DNA from: Anaerohalosphaeraceae bacterium
GTDB lineage: Bacteria; Planctomycetota; Phycisphaerae; Sedimentisphaerales; Anaerohalosphaeraceae
NCBI GenBank assembly: GCA_963675525.2
Contig: CAXXSL010000011.1
Location: 544,001 to 608,000 of the forward strand
Length of the DNA: 64,000 nt
Reading direction: 5' to 3'
Shown here: positions 21,328-30,212 of the stretch, one piece after another
Numbering within the stretch: position 1 is the first letter of the stretch
Layout of the letters: every line of letters starts with the position of its first letter
Made by a program: the position numbers and the translations under genes
The notes under the pieces: model-generated
What the model was told of the DNA's origin: nothing
The model's input: the letters and a program-made list of their open reading frames with translations, nothing else
Database searches by the model: none

Positions 21328-21371
21328 AACTAAAATAAAATCCCAACAGATACGGCAGAGAGATGGAGCAC

Positions 21372-22183
21372 ATGAAGATTTTTTTTATTCGCAGCGATTT
21401 TAATGTTAATTTTTTTTTTGTCAGGGATGTAGCCCTCTGATAATCGCTCATCGAGGATTCTCTTCGATAGCACCCGAAAATACCGCAGCAGCCATAGAAC
21501 TTGCCTGGAAAAAAAAATGTTCCGGCAGCGCGAATGTGATATTCGTCTTACCTCAGATAATCAGGTGGTGTTCTCATGCACGACGCCCAGATACCAAGCG
21601 TACTGCTTCGATAGATAGATTATGTTATTTGCGAAACAGATTATCGACAACTCTCTCAACTTGATGTGGGGTTCGTTTAAAGACACCAAATATACAAATG
21701 AACGAATACCTTTGCTTGCAGATATTGTAGATACCGTACCTGCCGGCAGAAAGCTACTGATTGAAATAAAATGTGGGAGCGAGGTATTGCCATACCTGGA
21801 AACAGATTATCAGGCAAAGCGGCAAACGACAAAAGGATTATAATCATCGGCTTCGATATAGATGTCGTAACAAAGGCTAAGAAATGGATGCCGGATATTC
21901 CGGTGTATTGGCTGGTTGGGACCGAAAAGGACAATAATAATGAATGGATAGACCATAGTACCGAGTTAATTGTCAAAGCAAAAGACAGTAAATTAGACGG
22001 GCTTGATGTTCATTGGGCCGGGTTGAGTAAGCAATTTGTTCAGAAAAGCACATCAAGCGGGCCTTCAAGTTTTCACCTGGACGCATAGATGATGTAGCAA
22101 TCGCCCAAAAAGTCACTGCGATGGATATAGACGGTATAACATCGAACAAACCGTATTTGGTTATGAACGGTATCGGTTTTTAA
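21372..22183 (+). pseudogene. Glycerophosphodiester phosphodiesterase, multiply frameshifted as assembled (may be intact)
   Basis: IIAHRGFSSIAPENT, ECDIRLTSD, HD, IPLL, LIEIK, IIIGFD, TW, DGITSNKP* distributed over several frames; shifts near T/A homopolymers. Confidence 0.8.
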
Positions 22184-22265
22184 ATCTTATATGCACAGGT
22201 TTGTTCTTCCCATAGTATCTGACATTATTAAGCCCCTCAACCTATATTTAAGCAGTTAGGTTAAA

Positions 22266-22350
22266 TGCGGGCGAAAGGGAGTCGAACCTTCACACCACTA
22301 AGGGTACAAGAACCTAAATCTTGCGCGTCTGCCAGTTCCGCCACGCCCGC
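22266..22350 (-). tRNA. tRNA-Leu (anticodon TAG), CCA not encoded
   Basis: GCGGGCG acceptor stem, D arm GGCGGAACTGGCAGACGC, anticodon arm CAAGA-TT TAG GT-TCTTG, long variable arm, GGTTCGACTCC T arm. Confidence 0.96.
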
Positions 22351-22375
22351 ATTATTCAGTTATTAGTTAATTAGC

Positions 22376-22651
22376 TTAAAAAAGTGCGTCGTCTTCTTCG
22401 TCCTCTTCATCGTCACTCTCATCATCCGACTCATCTTCATCGCCGGCGATGTCTTCGATGCGTTTTTCCGCGTCCAGCAAAATCCCCCGGCAATGTTTGA
22501 TCAGCGCCATGCCTTTTTCATACTGCTCCAGACTTTCCGCCAGCGGCACCTGCCCCGACTCGATCTTGTCCACAATACCGGTCAGCGTTTCGATAGCCTG
22601 CTCGAATGACAGCTTTTTCACGTCATCCGTTTTACTCTGTTTTTTCGCCAT
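22376..22651 (-). CDS. xseB: Exodeoxyribonuclease VII small subunit with acidic tail
   Basis: LSFEQAIETL..IV.KIESG.V.L.ESL..YEKG..L...C...L..AE; lies downstream of xseA. Confidence 0.95.
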   Translation of the reverse strand: MAKKQSKTDDVKKLSFEQAIETLTGIVDKIESGQVPLAESLEQYEKGMALIKHCRGILLDAEKRIEDIAGDEDESDDESDDEEDEEDDALF

Positions 22652-22680
22652 ATTTCTAACCCGTCCGTTACCACCATACC

Positions 22681-22860
22681 GTCATTCCGAATCCCCGAAG
22701 GGATGAGGAATCTATTATAACCAAGTGCGGCAAAGCCGCTGCCTTTTGTCATCCCCGACCTCTTATCATGTCATCGCAACCTCTTACTATGTCATCCCGG
22801 CCCTCCGAGCCGGGATCCAGACGTCACCCCCCTGGATGCCGGATCAAGGTCCGGCATGAC
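22681..22860. repeat. Cluster of GTCAT-type REP-like palindromic elements
   Basis: GTCATTCCGA...GAGGAATCTAT (22681-715); GCGGCAAAGCCGC hairpin; tandem GTCATC units at 22748, 22770 and 22791, the last forming GTCATCCCGG...CCGGGATCCAG / CTGGATGCCGG...CCGGCATGAC. Confidence 0.8.
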
Positions 22861-22865
22861 AAACA

Positions 22866-24245
22866 TCATGATTTTTCTATTTTTTCTACCCGGCTGCGAA
22901 TTTTCTGTCCCCCGGCCAATTCGGTCGTCAACCGGTCTTCTATCTGTACCTGCCCGGCCTCTGTAACCACCGCACCGGTCCGTTCGTTCAGGGTAATGCT
23001 GTAGCCGCGATTCAAAACCGACCGCGGGTCCAATGCGGCTAATCTATTCTCTAACGCCGCCAATTTCAACTGATTTTTGCTGAGTATCTTCACAACCGCC
23101 GCCCTGTTGCGGCTGCCCGAAGCGATGCAAACGCAATCTGCTGCTGCGAAACCACCCGGGACGGTTCTATTCGTTGCACCTGCTGCCGCATACGGTCCAG
23201 GTATTCACGAAACCGTACCATCTGGGACTTTGCCGCATGCGCCAGCGACACCGCCAGTTCATCCACACGCTGAGCCGTGATCTGAACCACCCCCCAGCGG
23301 CGAACGGAACACCCGGCTGGCCAAAACCGTTGCCAAAACGATTTTTTCCATGCTGAACCTGTGAGCGGGTATTCTGATGCAGGCGGCGTTTGAGCGAATG
23401 CAGTTTGCTCAACTGGTCCCGATAGTCCGGCACGGCAATCACGCCCGCCTTGGTCGGCGTCGACGCCCTTGCGTCCGCCGACAAGGTCGGCAATCGTCAC
23501 ATCAACTTCATGCCCGACCGCGCTGATGACCGGCAGTTTCGACGCATAAATCGCGCGGGCGACCGGTTCTTCATTGAACGCCCACAAATCCTCCATCGAG
23601 CCGCCGCCGCGGCCGACAATCAGGATGTCCAGCCGCAGTTGTTTAGCCATAGCATTGGCCTTATTGATAGCGGCCGCAATTTTGCCGGACGCCCCCTCGC
23701 CCTGAACCGGCGTGTCAAAGACATAAATTTTCGCACACGGCCAGCGGTTCGTAAATACTGTCGCAAATATCCGACAATCGCCGCCCCGCCCCGGCTGGTC
23801 ACCACGCCGATAGTCATCGCATACCCCGGCAGCGGCTTTTTGTGCGCCGCCGCAAACAGGCCCTCGGCCTCCAGCCGCTTGCGCATCTGCTCAAACGCCA
23901 ACTGCAAATCGCCGATGCCCGCGGTCTCCAGCTTTTCCGCATAGAACTGGTACTTGCCGCCCGGCACATAAACATCCACATACCCCCGTCGCCAGCACCG
24001 CCAGCCCGTTTCTCGCAGTCGAATTTGACACTGCGATGCTTGCTGCCCCACATCACGCATGGAATCTGCCCGCCTTCATTGTCTTTCAGGGAAAAATAGC
24101 AGTGCCCGCTCGAATGCCGTTTCCAGTTGGTAATCTCCCCCCGCAAAACAAACCGCCCGGGCAGCGCATTCTCCAGCGCCGCCCCGATCAGGCTGTTAAG
24201 CTGCGTAACCGTAAAAACCGGAAGTTGTTTTTTTGCTTTCGCCAT
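22866..24245 (-). pseudogene. xseA: Exodeoxyribonuclease VII large subunit, multiply frameshifted as assembled (probably sequence errors)
   Basis: [24 protein letters not shown]...KKPLP, IGVVTS, IVGRGGGSMEDLWAFNEE, VISAVGHEVD, AD.RA.TPT, LDP.SVL.RGYS in successive frames. Confidence 0.92.
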
Positions 24246-24419
24246 AGTGAATGATTTTACTGAAAAATCCCCTCAAAAGCCAACCAATCTTTGTTTTTAG
24301 CGTAAAAATAAAGATTTTAATGTGTTTTGTGTTGCCAAAGTGCGCCGAAACGGCGCCAAAGTTGTCCAAAACGCAACCATTTTTTGCCAGTATGGAACCA
24401 CCGAAGACGCCGATTACAC

Positions 24420-24479
24420 TGGGAACGCGGGCGTCCCGCCCGCTGTTGAAAAAATGCGACCGAGACGGTCGCGCTCCCA
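24420..24479. repeat. REP-like inverted doublet (GGGAGCGCG type)
   Basis: TGGGAACGCGGGCGTCCCGCCCGC ... GCGACCGAGACGGTCGCGCTCCCA: terminal inverted repeat, each half with its own internal hairpin. Confidence 0.75.
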
Positions 24480-24681
24480 AATATTGGCTTTGTTTGGGTT
24501 TGTTTTTGGCTGCGCCAGTTCGGAGTTCGTTGTTCTTAGTTCATAGAAAAAAAAGAAGTTATGTGATTTTGCTTAATTTTAAAATGGGTTTGTTTCAATA
24601 GTGTTCGGTACTTTTTCCCTTCAAATTCCACCGCTTTTTACCTCTTCTTATATAGATGCCTTCTCTTAGGATATCCTTTTT

Positions 24682-25799
24682 TTATGCCTCATCAGGTTCA
24701 CAACTAATTGCAATTTCCGAAATAAATTCAGGCTTTAAGTATTTAATCGTATCTTGAAGTGCCGTTATCTTTTCCTTCAACTTCGAGTAGGGTATAAACT
24801 GACATATTGTAGGTAATGGTGGTTTCAATTTCTTAAATGTTGGCCTATTTATTTCTGAAAACACTTTCTCATAACTTTTCATCTGGGGCAAACCAAATAA
24901 AGATTTATCTTAATATTTTGGTTGCATCGAGATTAGATCTGACATTCTGAGAAAGGCCAGAATAAATGAGGGTTGTATGTTCAACTTCAAATGCAGCAAC
25001 AATAGCATCCCCCTGTAGCCATAAAACATCTATCAACTCAATCGTCTTATTAGTAGCTTCGTCAAACTGACGGGGCAATTCAGAACGTATATTTTTGATT
25101 TTCTGAAAATCAACTCCGTTATAAGACTTGTTTCTATCATTTCTCGCAACCCATACATCAAGCCCCAAGTCTGAGCCTAATTTCAATAACAGCCATTGAA
25201 TTTCAGTGTGGGTAGTTTCAAGTGTTGTCTTTTTCCTCAATAGTGAACAAATCTTCTTCTTTTTCTTTTTCATCAGGAACAGTAACAACTCCCATATCCT
25301 TAGATTCATATTTCTTCGGCGTCCTGTTGTATTTTGCTTCGTCATATTCTCTTTTAACAGGATTTTCAATGGTCGATTTAACCGCCTCCACGATGGCTAT
25401 ACCGTCTTGTTCTTTAAATTTTGCAGGTGACTGCCTGAAAAAGCCTGTCCAGGCATGGGGCGATGAAAGATTTTGGAACAGTGATAATTTGTCTTTTAGC
25501 TCTTGAATGGGGATTGCGGTTTCAGGAGTTAGTTGATATTTGATTTCAACCTTAAATCTCATTGGAAAGTCTGCATCTTCCCATATTTTTGAATGATCTT
25601 CATAGCATTCAGACTTAACTTCTAAGATACCGATGATTCGTGAAATACCAGTAACATGGCATATAAGATAATCACCGACTTGGATTTTTCGGGCCATTCG
25701 TCTTAATCTATGTCTGAAGCCTGAAACAGTCCCACCGTGTTGGAGGAATTCCTCCCATGTTTTACCCGTAAATAAATCAAGCCAATAGTTTCGGGGCAT
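24682..25799 (-). CDS. EVE-domain plus PD-(D/E)XK nuclease, candidate modification-dependent restriction enzyme; frameshifted as assembled
   Basis: N-terminal YWL...TW..F...GTVSGF...I.VGD.LI.HV.G (EVE/PUA-like); C-terminal H.EIQW.L..LG..LG.DVWVA.ND, IDVLW...AAFEVEHTT.IYSGL, EINRPTF. Spans ORFs 25218-25799, 24905-25369 and 24682-24891. AT-rich. Confidence 0.78.
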
Positions 25800-25941
25800 A
25801 ATAAATACTCCTTAAAAGCCTGTTACTATCAGGATACGAATCATAAAATGACAATCCCTCTAATAGTTCCCCCATTATACCGACATTTAAAACCGATTAT
25901 CAACAAAATTTCCGTAATCCCTATTGATTACAAAACCAAAA

Positions 25942-26353
25942 TTAATCCGGCTTTTTCTTCCTGCTTCTGAATCCGAAGGGTTCTCTCGGCTGCGGTTCGG
26001 GCGGCGGCCTTCAAATTGTTTAATGATTATTGTATAATATATAATTTTATGGAATTTTCCTATTTAAATAGATTCCTCGGCTGCGCTCGGAATGACTAAT
26101 CCCGGCCGCCCCAGCCGGAACTTGATGTCGCAAATTGCGATTTCAAGTTGTCAAATTCCTCGGCGGTCAGTTGAAACATGAAATCCGCCGGAAAACGCTG
26201 CCTATTGCGTTTTACCTGTTCATTAAGCCGGCTGGTTGTGACATCGTAAAGACCGGCAAGGTCAGAATCGAGAATAACCTTTTGATCGCGTACCCATACA
26301 ATCTTACTGGCAGCGACTTTTGTGGAAATCAGTGCGGTTTGTCCTTTTGCCAT
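25942..26353 (-). pseudogene. ORF6N (KilA-N-like) DNA-binding protein gene, interrupted
   Basis: [18 protein letters not shown]....[20 protein letters not shown]...[14 protein letters not shown] stops at 26096; a typical C-terminal tail PPPEPQPREPFGF lies at 25942-26010. Confidence 0.82.
26068..26096. repeat. GTCAT-type REP-like half element
   Basis: ATAGATTCCTCGGCTGCGCTCGGAATGAC; its reverse complement shares both ends (GTCATTCCGA...GAGGAATCTAT) with 22681-22715. Confidence 0.75.
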
Positions 26354-26473
26354 TGGTTTCCTTCTTTTTAAAGCGGTTTTGTCCTTTTGTAGTATTATAC
26401 TGTCTTTAATATGGCGTGCAATGGAAAATTGGGGAGCAATTATATGTTGAAGTTTCACGGGATATTGCAGCGC

Positions 26474-26508
26474 AAATAAAAGGCCGATGCCTTCCTGGCA
26501 CCGGCCTT
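26474..26508 (-). terminator. Intrinsic terminator after the tandem secreted paralogues
   Basis: Minus strand AGGCCGGTGCC-loop-GGCATCGGCCT followed by TTTATTT. Confidence 0.75.
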
Positions 26509-26698
26509 CCTATATGGAAAAAACTTTATAGTATCGGGGTTTTATCCTAACCCCGCTTTGTCATCCTGACGTTTACGGCGACGGAACTGTTGTCAACCCG
26601 TTGCCTGTCCTCATCGGTAAGCCGTTAAGGCCTACCGTTCCATCCGGTATCGATGTACCCGAACCGCCAATATCACCGGAAATCGGATTCACCATTTT

Positions 26699-27810
26699 TC
26701 AGGTAAGTACGGCTTTGAGCCAGTCATAAACGTAATCCAATACCTGATGTAATGAATCCGGCATTCCGATTTCTCCACCATCATCAGGCACGGCCTCGTC
26801 GAAGAATTCCTGCCTGGTCATTCCGGGGGTATACACCTGTTCAAGTTCAGAAATAATCGCCGAAATCGAGCGGTCAACACTCTTCGGGGACTGCTGAGCC
26901 GTCCAGGTGCATGCCGGTTCACCCGCTGCAGAACACACAAGCCAATGTTCCGCCATTATCGCAACATCCTGCAAGTTGACATATCTATCCCGGTTCAAAT
27001 CGCCGGTCAGGCAAAGAGTGCATCGTGACAGTTCCGTCCACTCATTGATAATGGTAAACGCTGCCAAACCGTTGGCCGTGATGTCAACACGGGAAAGACT
27101 TTCCAGGGAATGGGGTGCATTACCAGCGGCAACGCGGATCTCAGTAACCTGGACGATATTGGCATTCGGTGTTTCAACTGTCACACCTCCGGGAATGTCC
27201 TCCCAACTCGGTGATATCCGAATTTTCCCCCCCTTCTGTTTCATCGGGTATCCCGAGAAGCTCTCTGATCAATTTAAGTATCGAAATCTCTCCCCCTCCC
27301 CCCTCCACTCTGAATAATGATCGACAGGCTGGTCGTCGCCGTATAGTCCTCCTGCAGTACACGTTGGCCTTGATAGAAATACTCAATCGTTATGACATTG
27401 GCGTCTATAACTGAAAAGTCAAATCCCAGAACACCTTCGGACCCCAGATTGGACATTTGGATCGTACATATCATTTGATCGGGAACAGCACCCACTGTCC
27501 CGTAGCTCTTGACCTCCATAGAAGCACCCACCGCAAGCGAATCGAGTAGTTTCATTCCCCATATTTTCGGATCGCCGGGGAGATTCGTACTCACGCCGTC
27601 ATTGCCCGAAGGGCCGATATTCGAAACGGTCAGTTCATCTGGCCCAGGGGTAAGTACCGCCTGTCCCAGGCTCGTTTGTTCCAGGTTGAAAACTTCTGCG
27701 GTGTCTGCAAACAAGTTGACACAAAACAGAGCGGCTAACAAACCTGACAGCAGGAAGCCGTATCTGTATTTCCTGTAATTGTTCATGTCTTTATGCCGCA
27801 TTGACATCAT
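26699..27810 (-). CDS. Secreted hypothetical protein with dockerin-like motif, paralogue of 27863-28894; two frameshifts in G-rich tracts
   Basis: ORFs 27274-27810 and 26699-27244 align to the two halves of the neighbour (FNLE.TSLGQAVL, NIGPSG.DG, PGG.TVETP, SRVDIT, EWTELSR, GD.NRDRYVN, GMTRQEFFDE). The joining segment ISILKLIRELLGI lies in a third frame. Confidence 0.8.
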
Positions 27811-27862
27811 TTTATAGTCCTCCTATAAAGATAGAGTACTCATTCGCTGGTTCTATAGCATC

Positions 27863-28894
27863 TTACATGGGTGGACCACCCAAAATTTCCCAGAGGATAT
27901 CCGCCACCTTGTGCATCCAATCAGGTGCCGCAATCTCGTCGGTTCCGGGAAAATTCTCGTCAAAAAATTCCTGCCTGGTCATCCCTGCGGTATAGAGGTG
28001 TCCCATCTCAGACAAACCGGCCATAAGATCACGATCCGGCCACTCCGGTTCTGTCTGGGCCGACCATGTACACAATGGTTCACTTGGTTGGTCACATTCA
28101 AGCCATACACCACACACGGCAGCCAGATCATCAATATTCACATATCTGTCCCTGTTGAAATCGCCGGGAATCCATAAGCTTGCACGGGACAATTCAGTCC
28201 ATTCATCGACAATCGTAAACAATGCGATGCCGCTGGTTGTTATGTCTACCCGGGAAAAGCCATCCATACTCACCGGGACATTCCTGCCGACAATCCTGAC
28301 TTCTGTAACGGTGACCATGTTGCCCTGTGGGGTTTCAACTGTCGTTCCGCCGGGAAGACCGTTCCACCCCAGGGTAACCCGGCAAAGACCGAAAAACCTC
28401 AATAATTCTTCAAGCCAAGTCTGTGGCGGATCCGGAGCAACAATCATAATATTGTTGGTGTCTTCGTAGTTTTCCCTCAGCACCTGCGCACCATCTAAGA
28501 TGTAGTCTACCGTTATGGTATTAGCATCCACACCGGCAAAGTCCAGTCCGATGTTAACAATGGGTACCAGGTTGGCCATGTGCAACACGCAAAGGGGCTG
28601 GCCGGGAACATCATTGACTGTTCCGGTACTGTTGATATCCATGAAAGCACCCGGTCCGAGGGGATCGAGCATTGTCATACTCCAGGTCACAGGACCGCCT
28701 AAAAGAGTAACACTTGTGCCATCAAGCCCGGATGGGCCGATGTTCAACACAGTCAGTTCAGATGATCCTGCGAAAAGAACCGCCTGGCCAAGCGACGTAT
28801 GCTCAAGATTGAATGCCACTTCCGTATTTGCAGCAAGTTGAGCATTAAAGTATCCGGTGACCAGCAATATAATAAATAACATCAGCTTTTTCAT
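27863..28894 (-). CDS. Secreted hypothetical protein with dockerin-like motif
   Basis: GGAGG RBS, signal peptide, beta-rich domain, GDFNRDRYVNIDDLA....WL.C. Confidence 0.85.
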   Translation of the reverse strand: MKKLMLFIILLVTGYFNAQLAANTEVAFNLEHTSLGQAVLFAGSSELTVLNIGPSGLDGTSVTLLGGPVTWSMTMLDPLGPGAFMDINSTGTVNDVPGQPLCVLHMANLVPIVNIGLDFAGVDANTITVDYILDGAQVLRENYEDTNNIMIVAPDPPQTWLEELLRFFGLCRVTLGWNGLPGGTTVETPQGNMVTVTEVRIVGRNVPVSMDGFSRVDITTSGIALFTIVDEWTELSRASLWIPGDFNRDRYVNIDDLAAVCGVWLECDQPSEPLCTWSAQTEPEWPDRDLMAGLSEMGHLYTAGMTRQEFFDENFPGTDEIAAPDWMHKVADILWEILGGPPM

Positions 28895-29321
28895 TTTAAT
28901 ACCTCCACTAAAAGCCGCTCTTCAATAAACATACTTGCGCAAGATATCTGGCGTCAAAACGTATATTATGGAAACCTTCTTTTAGAAAATGTGAATAGAC
29001 TCCCCCTTCTCCGAGTGTCACCCCCTTAAATGTCAAGCACAAAAGCATGTGCTTTCTCCCGTCCCCCCCAATGTACTTGTTTGAATTACGACATAACGAA
29101 AAATCTCTCGTACCATCAACGAATGATTTTACATTTCTTGTCGCGTCCGAAACATGAAGACTCTACCCGTACAAGATTTATCTAAAACATATTATATCCG
29201 ATAATATTCAAAGTTAAATAGGCAATAACACCTATTTTGTGCTTTTTTCTTGATTCTCTACGAGAAAGGTATGGTAACACTAAATGATTTTAAGGGCAGG
29301 AAAATCCGCTTTTCTTTCCGG

Positions 29322-30173
29322 TTAGAAGCCGTTGGTGTAATCCGGCCGGCCGTCATCGCTGTCGTAGATCAAATCATCACCGGGTGTGTCTTCTTTGACG
29401 ACAATACGTTCGATTCGTTCTGCTGTTTTTTTATGACTGTCCACGGTGACAATGATCCCGTTGATCTGAACATCCGAAGCCGCCACTTCAAACGGATACG
29501 GCATTTGCGTTCGGAATGCACGGATCACGCTTTCGGATTTGCGTCCGAGAACCGAATCGGCCGCCCCCGTCATCCCGATATCCGTGATGTAGGCCGTTCC
29601 TTTTTTCAGAATGCGTTCGTCGGCCGTCATCACATGCGTATGCGTCCCGAAAACACAACTGACTTTGCCGTCGAGGTAATAGCCCATCGCAACCTTTTCG
29701 CTGGTCGCCTCACAATGCATTTCCACGAAAATAATGTCAGCCTCATTGGACACTTTCCCCAGCAGATTGTCGATCTTGGCATAGGGGCAGTCTGCCGGTT
29801 TCATAAAAATCCGACCGATCAGCGTGATCACACCGACCGTCACGCCTTTGGCGGTGTGGTAAACAGCGTAGTCTTTGCCCGCCGCGTGCGGTGACAGGTT
29901 GGCCGGACGAACGATATTCGACTGACTTTCAAGTGTCGCAATGATATCCTTCTTGCGAAAGCAATGGTCCCCCAGTGTGATCAAGTGAACGCCGTATTTG
30001 CAAAGCTTCTCATAGATCTGCGGCGTAATGCCGGAACCTCCGGCGGCATTTTCAGCATTGACGATCACGCAGTCGATCTTGCGGTCCTGAACCAGCGGGA
30101 GCAACTGCTGAGACAGAATCCGTCTGCCGGGCCGTCCAACAACATCACCGATGCACAGAATATTGACCTTCAT
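29322..30173 (-). CDS. ymdB: YmdB-like metallophosphoesterase (TIGR00282)
   Basis: IGDVVGRPGR, NAENAAGG.G, TLGDH, H.EATSEK, GTHTHV, TDIGMTG; directly downstream of rny. Confidence 0.95.
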   Translation of the reverse strand: MKVNILCIGDVVGRPGRRILSQQLLPLVQDRKIDCVIVNAENAAGGSGITPQIYEKLCKYGVHLITLGDHCFRKKDIIATLESQSNIVRPANLSPHAAGKDYAVYHTAKGVTVGVITLIGRIFMKPADCPYAKIDNLLGKVSNEADIIFVEMHCEATSEKVAMGYYLDGKVSCVFGTHTHVMTADERILKKGTAYITDIGMTGAADSVLGRKSESVIRAFRTQMPYPFEVAASDVQINGIIVTVDSHKKTAERIERIVVKEDTPGDDLIYDSDDGRPDYTNGF

Positions 30174-30212
30174 GATACCCTTTTAGTCTAAGTGTGAACG
30201 CAGCTTTTTATC

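Noticed and set aside
22748..22860. Tandem GTCATC units as a mini CRISPR array
   Set aside because: Period is only 21-22 bp, there are no unique spacers and no cas genes; fits REP-like repeats. No CRISPR array was seen anywhere in the window.
22866..24245. Programmed frameshifting or recoding in xseA
   Set aside because: Too many shifts, and unrelated neighbours are equally affected; sequence error is more parsimonious.
22681..26096. Composite transposon bounded by the inverted GTCATTCCGA ends
   Set aside because: It would enclose native xseA next to xseB; no transposase and no evident target duplication.
25942..26458. Prophage suggested by ORF6N
   Set aside because: No integrase, structural or replication genes; ORF6N genes commonly occur alone.
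26573..26695. 40-aa minus-strand ORF (MVNPISGDIGG...) before the terminator
   Set aside because: No RBS or recognisable motif; cannot be supported, though a small peptide is not excluded.
28895..29320. Riboswitch upstream of the secreted paralogues
   Set aside because: No recognisable aptamer consensus (c-di-GMP, cobalamin, TPP, SAM) by eye.
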